A stretch of 54,199 nt of DNA, filler included, from Squatina squatina (GCA_031763465.1; 4 parts of 4 records of this genome joined end to end with filler, not necessarily neighbours in it); one strand, 5' to 3'. Numbered from the whole stretch's first letter, positions 1-13,845 are shown. Numbers and translations: made by a program. Notes: a model not told the origin generated them from the sequence alone.

Positions 1-3000
1 CTCATTAGTGGAGAATGACCCCTAATGCAAACAGGACACAAAGTGAAGACTAACTGATGACTGTTTAATAGAGAAAGCAGAAAACTGATCATTTCCTACA
101 ATATCCCGTAGGTTTCATCTTAATTGCCATCTGGTAAAACTCGATGGATTTAATTTGCAAACTCCTTTTCATTTGGTTTACCATGAAAAGAATACCGTTG
201 CCTTATATGTGGGAACACAAACAAATTCCTAACCTCTACCATATGAAAGCTATTTATGCACTCAAGAATTTTTGTTGTGATGCTTAACAAGCTGGTAACA
301 ATTTCTATGCTTTCTGGTGCTGTTCTTCAATGTTGTCTAATTGTGATGCATTTTTATTATCATAAATGATCACATTGAACTGGTTTTTATTGTGCTGCTG
401 TCTTCAGGCTATCTGGTACAGGTGTTTTAAATAAAAGGGGCACCGAATCTGACTTCATAAAATCGCAGCTTGTGTTTCCGTTAGTGTAACCCAATTTCCA
501 CCTCTCTCTGCTGGAGTGTACAAGTCATATTTTATACTCTTTTCGTACCACTGCAACTTTTAACCTATTATTAAAACTTCCAGTCTACCAGTGTGCAGAA
601 ACTGACTCTGTATTTGNNNNNNNNNNNNNNNNNNNNNNNNNNNNNNNNNNNNNNNNNNNNNNNNNNNNNNNNNNNNNNNNNNNNNNNNNNNNNNNNNNNN
701 NNNNNNNNNNNNNNNNAAATGCAAATCTTTCTTATTTCATTGTTTAAATTGGTCCAATATTTCCTTTTCTCCAACTTAGTTTCCGATTGGCTTCCTTTAC
801 AACAGTGTAACAAGACTGGGAACTCTTGTGCACTAATGCTCCACCCTTAACTGAAGGAAGTATTTGTGTCTCGGACTTTGATTAGCTGCTTAAACGGTTA
901 CACGTCAGTGTGATTTCTGGTAACAAAGCTGGGATTTCACACGATTTTTCAGTAAACATGTTGCTCAACAACTCTTGCCCACTGAGCTCTTGTCAAGTGA
1001 TTTGTCTAGTGGATTAATGGTGTTGGGCTTGATGTGGGAGATAGATTCAACTTTCTGGATTAATTGTGCAGCTTGGAGCAGATAAGGTGATTACTGGGCA
1101 TTTTCATTTTGGGATTTAGCATCGAAATATACTTTGATACTTTGTTGCTTGATCATCTTCACCTAAAGTGTTTTTGGCAGTGCATCTTTAATGAATGAAA
1201 TTACAAGAAGCGGTGCCAGTGATGTTCTACTGCCACTCAACAACACATAATCTGCTTGGTTGTTTTCCAAATTATTTGTAGAAAATGATTTCAAATGTGT
1301 TATTCAGCTAGTTGAGTTTGTCTCAAAAAACAGACTGAAAAACTGTGTGTCTGTGCATGCTTACAGAAAACAAGGAACATTTCCAACAATTATACCAGGA
1401 GAACATTGCAGAAATTCATAGTGTACATGTTAAAGGTTAGAACTACTTACCTAAAAGCAAGTGTAATTCAATAGCAATCAAATAGTTAAATAAGGTGGGA
1501 ATAAAGTAGTCTTGCTTTTCTTCAGGTCGGCAATATTCCAAGAATAAGAAATTGCCAAATGTCTGTTAACTCCTGATAAAAATAATTTCTGCATAAACAT
1601 GTGTGAATGGAAACATTCAGCTCTTTCATATAAGTGTCTTCCTGTACCGTACAGCTACAGTTCACCTGGGTGATGTTAGTAATAAAGACATGTTTGTTAT
1701 AGCAGTAGCTTAGTTAATCAGCAGTAAATCATTTCCCTCAAAGAACCAATTCTCCCAGGATGCTAGAGCTGAATTAGAGTTGTGTTTGTGAATATAATTG
1801 GCTCTTTGGAGTAGACTTTAATATTACAGCCACGTAGTGGAAAGAGAATGATGGGACTGAAACCGTTTTTTCTACCCATTCCTATACATAAATACACACA
1901 TACACCTCTACATGATTTGGAACACAAGATGGGGCAATCCTACCTGCAAGTATCTCCATGAATCTAGTTAATGCTATTCCTCTGTTAATCACCAGGAGGC
2001 ATGCTTGAGTGATGTGGAAAAAGATGATTCTGTGCCTAGTTTTTCATCCCTCCCTCCAGCATTCCAGAAATGTTTGTCAAAATCACCTATAAAGTAAGCA
2101 AGTCTCTAAATGTCAGTCAAGATCAGATTCAAACACAGGTCTCCCAGCTGAGACTCCAATCCCAGCATCGTGCCTACTGAGCTGCGTCTAATAGTCTGTT
2201 ATGTGTACGCCAGCTTGTGGGTACACTGTCAATGATCCCCTTGAGTAATAGCAGAATGCTGGCACTAATCACCAGTGCTAGCCATACAGTTGATTACAGA
2301 TGTTCCAGAACTTCACNNNNNNNNNNNNNNNNNNNNNNNNNNNNNNNNNNNNNNNNNNNNNNNNNNNNNNNNNNNNNNNNNNNNNNNNNNNNNNNNNNNN
2401 NNNNNNNNNNNNNNNNGTGCAGGGATCACTGGCCCGTGGATTTTCACGACCATATATTTTACAATCTAAAGTTTATATTGTAATTTTGTGCGAATCAAGG
2501 TGAGGGATGTTGGTACTGGAAAACCGAACAATATTCCCATTTTCAGGCATCCAGTATCAGCATCAAGCACTCGCAGATGAGGTATAGCGCACAGTAAAGT
2601 TCCCTTTACTCTGCCCCAACAATCTACCTCAGCCTCAAACTCAAAAGAATATCCTATATCGTAACATTTTATATTTCCTATTCCAGCCCCTCTGTGAGTA
2701 AGAGTACCAACGCAAGTAGTTTTTATTCAGTTGTTGGTCAGTTTTTGAACCAACAGCAGCTATCACTTCAAATGCTGACTACCAATGCTTACAATTTCAG
2801 TATCATTCACACTAATAGATTAATGATAGTAATGTCATTACTGGAAGGTTTTTGAGAAAAAAAAATTGCTGTTCATCACTGGGTAATTCTATTGCTGATA
2901 TCTATTAACTTATGAGTACTAAATTTGGGGTTAAGATACTAACTGCAGGAAGATGAATTCCTGATGAGGTCAATATTGATAGAAAAGAAATTGGTGGGCA

Positions 3001-3653
3001 ATTCTACTGAAATGCATTATTTCTACCTGTAAAAGGAAAATTTGCAACAAATTTGAATTATCAAAAGACGATTTAGTGTCATGCATCTTTAGGTTTTCAA
3101 TAACATGTTATTTTTAATTTGTGCTTAGGATGTGGGTGACACTAACAAGGGCATATTTATTGCCCATCCCTAGCTGCCCAACAATAGAGGCACTGTCTGT
3201 TTAATAATGGGAAAATATTTGTCTACATTGCAGCATGAGTTCAAATACCAGGCCTGTACTGCTGCTTACAATTAAATCACTGAGCCAGCTCCTGCTGGAT
3301 TAGAGATTTAAGCATTTAGGTAGCAAATAAATAGCAGATTACTAGGAGAATGAAATACAGTTGGTAGTGTGTTTTCTGCTGAAAGATTCAAGAAGCTGAT
3401 ATTCAGCCAGTTTGTCTCCAAGCAGGAGAGGCACATCTGACCCCACATCTATTAGTAAGATTAGTAGCATGTTTATTTCTGGTTATCGAGAAACTCTGCT
3501 AATCCCCGGAAAGACCTACCAACAATACTCAATTATTGGTAGTGCACTGTACTNNNNNNNNNNNNNNNNNNNNNNNNNNNNNNNNNNNNNNNNNNNNNNN
3601 NNNNNNNNNNNNNNNNNNNNNNNNNNNNNNNNNNNNNNNNNNNNNNNNNNNNN

Positions 3654-4210
3654 TCACTTGCCACAGCCAGCTACGTCACTGGAGGCCGCAGCCCTACATC
3701 ATCCTCCGAGACGTCGGACAGGAAGGCGACATCAAATGTAGTATGATCGGCAAGTCTTCAGACGCTAGGTCAGCAAGACACAGCGTTGGCTTTGCCAATA
3801 TAGCCGGCTTCCCAAGGTTACAGGGTGCCATCAGTTATGTCTGCCAAGCACAGCAGTTGACATGACAAACCCTTCTCACCCACCAACGATCTATGATTAG
3901 ACTGACCTAAGCATTGCTTGTGGCTCCGGAACGAACCCTTTTAAGGGCTGAAGTGGCCTGATACTTGATAGCAGTTCCTTAGATCTATCCCACAATTCGT
4001 CTGCTGAAATAAACTAAGATAATCAGCGCTAAGTAAGTACCCTTTAGCACTGAAATTAGCATGGTTTTTGTTTTAAAGCTGTCAGAATTGTTTTTTCAAT
4101 GTCCCGAATTGCAGGCCTTAAAGGGAGAGCGCCAAAACCGGAACTTTACACTCAACAATTTGTCCATTAGCGCCAGTAACTCAGGGAAGTCGAATTGGCT
4201 GCCCCTAATT
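3654..4210 (+). mobile_element. Decayed PIF/Harbinger DNA transposon derivative
   Basis: Contains SVGFANIAGFPRLQGAI (~3781-3831), matching the Harbinger/HARBI1 'F..AGFP.V.GAID' motif; ~3785-4090 aligns by eye with 48890-49195. Confidence 0.7.
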
Positions 4211-5552
4211 TGTTGGCTTTGCAGTGCTTCTTCACTGGTTGATTTTATTTTTGAAATTTGTAGTTTTGCTTGGGCTTCTCCCTGACCATATGCATGATGC
4301 AGTTTTGCTAGGCAATATAGTTTTTTTTTAAAAAAGGTGAAGGGAGAGGTCCTATGATACAACATTGATAGTTTTGAAACTCATAACTACACTCATAATT
4401 TCATCTAATTTTTAAAGACAACTTCATTGAAAGTACAAGAGAGTTATGCTTATTACATTCGACACAAAATTGGTAAATACTATAACCTTACTTGCTCAAC
4501 CCAAAACACCAATACTAAATTACTAACTCCACAGTGAAAGCCTCTGTGATTTACAACTCACTCAGATTATTGTTGGTATTTTCCATCTTTTTAAACACAA
4601 TCCCATGCTGGTCACTTGTCAGGAAGTCTGTGCACAGAATTTAATACCATCATGACTAAAATGTAAAAAAGGTGTAACTTGCATTGTCTGGTTGAGGTAG
4701 TCCACAGGAAAACATTTTACACACCACGGTTCAAAGACAGGTTTCTTTTGTTACTGGGAAGGTTGTAATTTCCTTTCTGGCAGCAGGAATGGCAAGTTAT
4801 TAAATAGAAATTAAAAAGCAAGCATGAAAATGCAGTTAAAATTAAATAAGATCAACTCAAATTCTTACAGAAATAGGAAGTTGATCTTGAGGAAAGTAGT
4901 CATATTTCAGATGAATCAGAGTAAAACCACAAAGTACAACACAAAGCATACTCTAAAAATGACAAATATAAATATCGCTATTCTATATGTTTTTTAAAAT
5001 CACATCTCCATGTCTGAAGTCCCAAGTTGGACCGCTTGGGCCTTGGCATTCCGCATAGTCATCATTGCTGCTCCATAATAAGCCAATGGGAGGCAGACAG
5101 GCTTCTTCTCCAACAGCTTATCCTTGTATAGATGGAGTATTCCTTCATGTCAGAAGATACCAGCACAACTTGCTTATGGCAAATGGACTTTAAACTTGGA
5201 TGTCTAGCATGGAGATCTAGAATTCAATCAGAGCTTATACTTCTGCATAATGCCTTCTTGTGTGACATGTCAAAACAATACCCACTTCTATCAATATTAC
5301 TTATGAGATGAATAAATGCATAAATTATGTGCTCTAGTTCAGGCACTTTCAAAATCATAGTTTATTAACTGAAAGGTAAAAAGCTAGTATACAGATCAGG
5401 GATCCCTTTAATTTCAAGTTACAGTTCTACACCATCTAGTATTTTTGCTTTGAATATTTAAACAAAAATAATTCACAAACACCTGTAAGCCCCATCATTA
5501 GTACGCAGTATATCTTGAATCACTGTATTTCTAATCATCTCCATGAGGTATT

Positions 5553-5585
5553 ATATATTTATATATATATATATATATATATATA
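5553..5585. repeat. (TA)n microsatellite
   Basis: Run of TA dinucleotides seen directly. Confidence 0.95.
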
Positions 5586-6317
5586 AACCAGCAGCAGTGA
5601 AAAGATTAAAAAAGCCAATAATTTCATATGATATGCTAAATCAACTTATATGTAAAACTAAAAATCTGTGCCATAATTGGAATATTTGCTATCCCACAAA
5701 GGAACAACTGTTATAATTACAGTGGCTGTTATTGCTACAAACAATCCACATGCCATGCCTATAAAAGAACATTTCCAAAGTTGGTATTAATTAAAAATTA
5801 GTAATATTTGCAGAAACCAAAAATTGTGATTTCACATCCTGTTTCAGTGTACAAAGAACAAAGAAATGAAAAATTGCACTCAGCTTGCCGTCGGTCACAA
5901 ACGTTCTTTGACATGAAATATATTCTTTACAATGACATAGAATTAACTTGTACTGTACATTGAATAACATAATAAAAGGCTATGCATCGGTCAAAGTACC
6001 TGCAAGGTACTTTTCCACATACATCAAAATCACATACAAGAATTTTGCACATGCTTTACAGAAGAAGCCCCTTTTCACCATATATCAGTGGCTAAGCACA
6101 GATGAGGCCAGGTGTAGAATTCATTGTGTCTTGCAAAAAACTAGGATGGGGTAGGTAAATATACAAGTCGAACTATATACATAATATACTGGAATGTTGG
6201 CTATCCCAGAATTGCTTNNNNNNNNNNNNNNNNNNNNNNNNNNNNNNNNNNNNNNNNNNNNNNNNNNNNNNNNNNNNNNNNNNNNNNNNNNNNNNNNNNN
6301 NNNNNNNNNNNNNNNNN

Positions 6318-6465
6318 GAATAACAGATACCCGGGAGTGAGTTACAGGCTGGAATCTAATCGAGCAGTTCGGGGGGTTTATATATAGAATAACAGATACC
6401 CGGGAGTGAGTTACAGGCTGGGATCTAATCGAGGAGTTCGGGGGGTTTATATATAGAGTTACAGG
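6318..6465 (+). repeat. 69-bp tandem repeat (satellite/minisatellite), 2 full units plus a partial, truncated by a gap
   Basis: GAATAACAGATACCCGGGAGTGAGTTACAGGCTGG...GGTTTATATATA starts at 6318 and 6387, with a partial unit at 6456. Confidence 0.93.
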
Positions 6466-7959
6466 CCGCGGAAGAATTGTTGATCCCTCCATTTGCGGAT
6501 ATGATGCTCTTCACGACCGGCGGTCTCTTGTGATCTGCCGAGGGCAGCTGATATTTGGAAACGGATGGTCCTGAGATTGAATATTGATTCCCTTTCATTC
6601 AGCGGAGCTCGTTATTCTCGATTCGAGACATGCTGAATGTGTTGCTTTGTGCAATTGAGGTGAAGTGGGCTGTGAGCAGGAGTCCTGTACTGTTGAGGGT
6701 CGGTGCATTGAATGGATCAGCAAGGTGGAGGAGCTGCCCTTGTGCATTTCAATCAAGCTCTTTTATTTTTGTTTAACCTTTTATACAGTAATACAGACAT
6801 GCGCAAGCCAACCTATTTTGTTTTTATCATGTCAACCACAACATTTCTAAACCTGATCAAATATGGGACACGCACGGCCAGGCACTAGTGTAGTAAATCT
6901 TCAAATGTTAATCAGTTATATGACAAAATAACTTGTCTGTTGCCTTACAAAAAAGTATATATGTAACAAAAACATATAAACTTACAAAAACTAACAGAAA
7001 TCTTCAAACCTTAAAGAGACTGTTATTCGTCTGTTCTGTTACTGAAAAGGGGAAGAAAATGCACATACTCGCAATCTAGTCCCAATAGAGGAGAATCTCT
7101 AAGTGAGAAAACACAACCAAATTGTGACTATGGAAATATTTTCCCATGTTTCTTTCATGCATGGACCAGAAGATGATGTCATTTCCTGACATGTATTTTT
7201 AAGATGTGCACATGTTTTTTTTTTGTGTTTTATGATTTTATTAATTTACATGTGCTCCGTGTAGATTGAGCCTTGCACTGGGACCATAATGAAGAGCGGC
7301 CTGCTGGATCCCCTAAATGATTAAAGGATGTTGCCAGTTAAAGGCAAATAGCCTCAGATAGGAGAATAAAAATGTTGAAGCCTTTTTCCAAGGCTCAAAT
7401 ATGGTCACATTTTTGCAAAGCAATGTTCAAAATGTCAATCCAAAATGCCATTATTTGCAGTTTCCTGTAGATAAATGGCATAGCCATTGTACCTCTTATC
7501 ATCTCCCTATTAACAATAGCCTTTTCTGGCTATTTTGTCAATTTGGCTTTACCTATCACATTTACATAAAAATGTTTTAGTCAATTATACGTGGAGGTCG
7601 AATGAACAAGGAAGGCATTACTTATAACTTTGCTTCTGTAAAAACTTGTCCAAATCCTGAACAGTACGAGACCTTGATACAAAAACAAGGTCCTGATATG
7701 AAACACTGACAAGTGATGAATGTTACTAAAAGAAAATATTTTGATTTGTTTTTCTTGGATGATTTTTTCTCTCTGGGGTAAGTTGCAGTTGTTCTGTACA
7801 GCTGTTTGGAGGCATAAATTCAAAGTGAAGGTCATGATGACATATTAAAGTCATGCAGTTTTCCATCTACCGATATTGGAAAGTACAAACCACAAATTCA
7901 TCCGTAATAGAAAATTCTTAGGCTCTATTATTATTTATAGCAATTACACCACAGAACGA

Positions 7960-8340
7960 GGTCACTGACCCACTGTGCCTGCGCCAGCACTATCTCTTCA
8001 ACTGGAATTATCTACTCTAATCCCATGCCCCTGCTCTTTTCTCTGTGCCCTTTAATATTCTTTTTTCTCAAGAATTTATCCAATTTTCTTTTAAATGATG
8101 ATATGGTTTCTGCCTCAATAGCCACTTGCAGTAAGAGAATACAGCACTTGTTCCAAGAACCCTCTGCAGACTTCCCCTTTCATTCTTCCAGTGATAATCC
8201 TCAGCCTATAACCCTGAATTATTCATTTCTTAACCAGTGGAAACAATCTTTCGTTAAGTACAGTTTCAAAACCTTTCAGAAAATTGAAAATCTCTATTGC
8301 CTCCCTGATAACTTTCTTTGTTCCAGTGAGAATTGCCCCA
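7960..8340 (-). mobile_element. Degraded CR1 LINE 3' portion
   Basis: Reverse complement resembles the CR1 ORF2 C-terminus/3' end also seen at 14950 and 30142; heavily diverged. Confidence 0.5.
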
Positions 8341-8929
8341 ATTTTTTGAGCTTATTAACCACTGTCTTTTAGGGAACGAAACTTGGTGCCCTGACCTGGC
8401 CCAACTGATAGGTGTCTCCAGCCCCACACACTTAACTGCCCTCTGAAGTGGCCCAGCAAGTCACTCCATTGTATCAAGGAGAAAACCCAACATCACCATG
8501 TCAGGGCAATGANNNNNNNNNNNNNNNNNNNNNNNNNNNNNNNNNNNNNNNNNNNNNNNNNNNNNNNNNNNNNNNNNNNNNNNNNNNNNNNNNNNNNNNN
8601 NNNNNNNNNNNNTTTTTCTGCATGGATCTCTTAAATTCATGTTTGGATACACCATTATCTTGAAAGGAACTTCATTTCTATTTTGAATGGTGCAAAAGAC
8701 AAACCTGTTCAATTTAGAAACTGGATACCCTTCTTAGTTTAATAGCTTAACGCTCTTAAGCCATCAAATGAGTGCTATGGAAAAACTGTTTGAGTAACAA
8801 TTTCACTTCTGCAAGGGTGGAATGTTCAAAGCTAATCTGTACTCAGCTCCATGCAGCACAAGGTGGGGATCTCAGTCAATCCTCTCGCATACATCAAGAT
8901 TGATTTAAGGGACAATGAACACAAAGATC

Positions 8930-9215
8930 TGAAAGAAAGGCATACATTTATATTGTGTCTTCCAAACATCTTGGAGGTTCTTCACACAATAAAAAAGATT
9001 TTAAGGAGTAAACTAATGTGTTGTGTTGGCAAACTCAGCAGTCATTCCATTGTCCTGAGGTGAATAACTAGTTAATGGTTTTTTGTGGTACTGGTGAAGA
9101 AGAAATATTGGCCAGCACACAGAACTCCCTATTTTTTTTTGGAATAATACCATGGTACCTTGGACATGCGAACAGAACCTCAGTTTCAGATTAAGACCTC
9201 ATCTCAAGGACAGAC
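8930..9215 (-). mobile_element. Degraded Deu-domain SINE (SacSINE1-like)
   Basis: Shares blocks (catttatat, tattggccag, ccatgg, cctcagttt) with copies at 33755 and 49300. Confidence 0.55.
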
Positions 9216-9642
9216 CTATATGCTGGCAGACAGTCTGACTCAGACATGCCGTAATGGCACCTTGCACATGCCCTAGATATACAGATACAGCGATACTACT
9301 ACAGCAATGCTGGTGCGCTCATTGATTTGTTGGTTTTATGGGTCCAGTGTGAATATATCGTCTGTCTTTTTACTTAAAGATGGAATACTTAGATTCAAGA
9401 TGGACTCTTTTTTAAATAGACTCTTGAGTTTGTCCAAGTACTATTCATCCTTACAAAAAGAAAATTCAAACTTAGCTTCAGGTAGATAGTAGCTGCACAA
9501 TAGCAATGGAACTGACACCTCTACATGTAATGAGGCTCAGAACTGAAAAGATGCTTATATCAAAAGACTTTGTTGTTAAATATGCTGGAAACATGCGCCT
9601 GCATGATTATTTCTCTTTGCAAAACAAAATCTACATAACTCA

Positions 9643-9834
<192 letters not shown>

Positions 9835-9844
9835 TTAAGAAACT

Positions 9845-10404
9845 TAGGGGGGCCCAATTGGTCAGCGCCAAAACCCGCCGCTGCATGTGGGGGCCCCCTC
9901 GCCACGGGTGCGCGGCACCGGCAGGGCAAGTTCAGCGACATTGGTGACTTAGTCACCATTCCAGGTCAGCGCAATGTGGCAACGCTAAACAAGCACTGCC
10001 ATGGCACTGACTTGGCCAATGCCACGTCACTACCAGGGCACGTCGGCAGCGGGTGCAAGGCCACCACACTTGCCGGCCACGGCACCATGCCCTGCCTTAA
10101 AAGGAAAGCTTCGGGCATCGACGATAGTCTAGGGTCGCTGGACCACCAGGGACCCAGGTGCGAGCACAGAAAATTGCCGGCACAAAATGTGGCCAGGGGT
10201 AATTCGTGACAATCGGCTGCAAGACACCGGCCGACAATGCAAAAAATGGCCTTTTTTAAACCTGCGCATTTAACCCGCCTTGGCAACGACAGGTAAACCC
10301 TGTCGCTGCCAACGCCTGGGGCCTCGCCGGTGAACCGCCCTCCAAGTCCGGAGACGGCTTGCGAGCGACACAGAGGGGAGTCGCGGGCCGGCGTAGAGGG
10401 GTCG
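9845..10404. mobile_element. GC/CpG-rich non-autonomous DNA transposon end, probably Harbinger-like
   Basis: Abrupt switch to CpG-rich sequence at TAGGGGGGCCCAATTGGTC; similar terminal motif in reverse at ~4190-4206 and ~49284-49302; right end lost in a gap. Confidence 0.45.
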
Positions 10405-10663
10405 NNNNNNNNNNNNNNNNNNNNNNNNNNNNNNNNNNNNNNNNNNNNNNNNNNNNNNNNNNNNNNNNNNNNNNNNNNNNNNNNNNNNNNNNNNNNNNNN
10501 NNNNTAGCCATCTTACATTAACAAGGACCCAAATCCCAAATACCAATGGGATGAATAGCTAGTTAATTTTGCTGATATTGGTTGAGGGAGGAATCTTGCT
10601 CAGTGCATCGAAAGAGCTCCCTACTCTTTTGGTGTCACTGGATCTTTAACTAATAACTTTAAT

Positions 10664-10900
10664 TAGGGTGACCAGATTGGCAGAGTCCCAAGCTGGCACA
10701 ATAAGGCTGTGCATGCGGAGTCCGGTCTCCACCAGGGCTGCACATGCGCAGTCCATCCTTCGGCGAAACTGTGCATGCCTGGTCGAGTGGGCACGAAAAA
10801 CTGGGACATTTGAGCACTTTTTAGGTGAATGCCAGGACACCGTGACACTGCCTCAAAAACTGGGACTGTCCCGGCAAAACCAGGACGTCTGGAGACCCTA
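10664..10900 (+). mobile_element. hAT-type MITE (Blackjack-like TIR) with 8-bp TSD
   Basis: TIRs TAGGGTGACCAGA / TCTGGAGACCCTA; flanks ACTTTAAT and CCTTTAAT (8-bp TSD, 1 mismatch); related copy at 35122-35305. Confidence 0.85.
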
Positions 10901-10969
10901 CCTTTAATGTAGTTAAATGCCCCAAGGCTTCAAAAACAAAGGTATGTGTAGGGTGCCAAGTAGAAGTTA

Positions 10970-11540
10970 AGGGAAGTGGTAAGAGAATTGATTGAAGCAA
11001 AGGCAGAAATAGCTGAGGCATTGATCACAATCTTTCAATCCTCATTGGATATAGGGGTAGTACTGGAGGACTGGAGGGTCGCTAAAGTTATACCACTATT
11101 CAAGAAAGGAGAGAGAGATAAACCAGGAAACTATAGATTAGTCATCCTAACGTTGGTGGTGGGGACGTTATTGGAAACCATTACCAGTGACAAAATAAAC
11201 TATCATTTGGAAAGGCATAGGTTAATCAAGGCAAGCCAGTATGGATTTTTTAATGGCAAATCATGTCTGACTAACTTGATTGAATTCTTTGATGAGTTAG
11301 TAGAGAAGGTTGATCAAGGTGGTGCAGTAGATGTTGTATATGTGGACTTTCGGAAGGCATTCGACAAAATGCCATGCGGGAGGCTTATTAAGAGAATGGA
11401 AGACCATGGAATTAAGGGGAAAGTGGCAGTATGGATACGAAAGTGGTTCAGCAGCAGGAAGTAAAGGGTGGTGGTGGATGGATGTTTTTCAGACTGGGAG
11501 GTGGTTTGCAATGGTGTTCCCCAAAGGTCAGTTTTGGGTC
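10970..11540 (+). mobile_element. CR1 LINE ORF2 reverse-transcriptase fragment, inactive
   Basis: Motifs WRVAKVIPLFKKG, PGNYR, QYGF..GKSCLTNL, VDVVYVDFRKAFD, GVPQRSVLG; in-frame stop at 11462-11464; truncated by a gap. Confidence 0.95.
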
Positions 11541-13599
11541 NNNNNNNNNNNNNNNNNNNNNNNNNNNNNNNNNNNNNNNNNNNNNNNNNNNNNNNNNNNN
11601 NNNNNNNNNNNNNNNNNNNNNNNNNNNNNNNNNNNNNNNNCCTACATGCCTCCTAGTGGTGGGTTTTAAAGCAGTGAATAGAGAGTCAAAGGTGTGGGAG
11701 GAGGTTACCCTCTTGACCAAGGAAAAAATATACCCTTAATCAAAACAAAGTAGGTACAGTGTTCAATGCAGATGTACCATTTATTTCGTTTCTCTCTTTA
11801 CAAGACCTCACAGGAGCCATTCAATAGCATATTTCGATCCAATCTACAATTCTTCAACTTCTGAGCAAGCTAATTAATATTCATTATACATGTAACCTTC
11901 GAGTAGTTGATGGTGGTGAGATATTATCTATTCAATGCTTTATCTCAAGCTTACAGGCTAAATTTAGAACCATAATCACCTTGTTTTTTGTTTTAATTAC
12001 AAATTTAATAGCTTCAGTGGTTTCTAGTGATCAGGCCAATTTAGAAATTGAACAATAGCAAAGGTATTCAACTTAGAATATTACATTAACCCAAAAGGCT
12101 TATTGCAACTTGAAATATCATAACTATGACACAAGAGAATAGAAGTCAGTCGTCAGATTCTGCCCATCACTGAAGGCTATTCAGGATCATATAGAAAACT
12201 TGTTCGAGCCAATAAACTGCATTGAATCCAGAATACATAAATGCAACAAACTAATTTCAGGAGAGAGAGTGGCACAGGTGGTGAAATGTGGTAAAAGTAA
12301 ACAGAAGAGCAAACTAGAAATTAAAGCATGGCTAATTACCCACAGCAGATCTAAAAAGGGTGATGGACAACAGGAATGGAATAAATGTACTTCATCTGAA
12401 ATATCTGCCAACCACAGTGGATATCATTCAAGTACAAAATGGGATTTATTCTCTTGTGATATAGAGAACACAACTACTCTTCAGGCATATGGGCTTATCA
12501 TTGATAGGGGCTACATCTATTTCCTGGCAACAGCAAGACAATAAACTACATTTAAATCACATGGCACTATCGGTTGCAGACTGGCCAGCACAAAAAAATT
12601 TAACAAGTTAAATCACAATTTTACCAAATCACCTGTTTGTGCTTTAAAGAGCCAGAGGCTCTTCAGTATATTCTTTGGCAGTAACATTTCAGGACTGAGA
12701 TGGCACTGGTAAGCCACAAGGGCACTTGGGACGTTAACTCAATAAGTTACTGCCTTGGAGTTGTAAGAGTGCACACTATGAATGTGGGCGCATTATTTCT
12801 TTGGCGTAGAGCAATTTGATTCACTGAATTAGCACATCAAATGTCTCAACTATTTAAACTTGGGAGGGGGGTAAGAGAATGATTTTAAAAAGTATATGAT
12901 CCACAATAAAGCACAAGACATTCGGAATTAAAATGCAATATGGAATAAATACCATAATCCACAAAACTCAATTAGTTGTGTTGCAGACAAACCCAGGCGT
13001 TGGTCTTAAATACATTCGAAATACATCAAGTTAGAATGCTCGCATCACACCACAAGGTTTGCAACACCAAGAAAATACAACACACCTTCTCCATAATCAA
13101 AGATTTTGCATCACTTGATTTGTTGGTTTATTTTAGATATTGATAATTTGGTGTTAAAGATGCTGGTAATGGGGAAATACATTTTCCATTTCAGACACCT
13201 GGTATCAGCAAGGCCAACTATAGCCTGATATCTTATCGGCAAATGGAAAAGTTGAAGAAAGACAGCTCAAACATGGGCATACATCACAAGCTGCTGAAAC
13301 TAAATAGATTATGGTGTGCTGATGGGAGATTATTCCTAAAATGAGGCAATAGTGCTAAAAGACGTGCCTGCAAAATTCAAACATAATTAACAAGTGAAGA
13401 AATAAACTAATAGGATGAAGTTGCCAAGACTTCAAGGGCTGGATTTCCAGGGCTCAATGGCTGGAGTTTGGATACCACTGCAGTGCATCATCCGAGAAGC
13501 TGCCAGTCTGTGTTGAAGTGGATTTTATTACACCAGAGATATCAACAACTATCATNNNNNNNNNNNNNNNNNNNNNNNNNNNNNNNNNNNNNNNNNNNN

Positions 13600-13611
13600 T
13601 TAATTAATTAA
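13600..13611. other. Artificial six-frame-stop linker TTAATTAATTAA inside a 100-base gap
   Basis: 12-mer flanked by 44 N on each side; same construct at 27225 and 41628. Confidence 0.95.
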
Positions 13612-13655
13612 NNNNNNNNNNNNNNNNNNNNNNNNNNNNNNNNNNNNNNNNNNNN

Positions 13656-13845
13656 GCTCAAGAGGGCAGAATTAGAGGAGCACAGACATCTCGGAGATGG
13701 GGCGTTGGGGGAGGGTGGTTGTGGGGCTGGAGGAGATTAGAGAGATAGGGAGCAGCGAGGCCATGGAGGGATTTCAAAACAAGGATGAGAATTTTGAAAT
13801 CTAGGCGTTGATTAACCGGGAGCCAATGTAGGTTAGCAAGCAGTG
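13656..13845 (-). mobile_element. L2 LINE ORF2 C-terminal fragment
   Basis: Reverse complement matches the 'LANLHWLPV...FKILILVLKSLHGL' segment also at 26173-26267. Confidence 0.8.

Noticed and set aside
2955-3000. CTGATGA-GGTCAATATTGATA-GAAA hammerhead-like string
   Set aside because: No NUH cleavage triplet, no stem I or III, and a mismatched base of stem II; likely chance.
9845-10404. Possible CpG-island promoter or bacterial contaminant
   Set aside because: Lies in an intron position next to a GOLPH3 internal exon and starts at a transposon-like terminus; better explained as a repeat.
12414-12443. CACAGTG...ACAAAATGG, resembling a V(D)J recombination signal
   Set aside because: Spacer is 14 bp rather than 12 or 23, the nonamer is poor, and no Ig/TCR segment is adjacent.
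12200-12544. 114-aa ORF
   Set aside because: Non-ATG start, no recognisable domain and no convincing splice boundaries.
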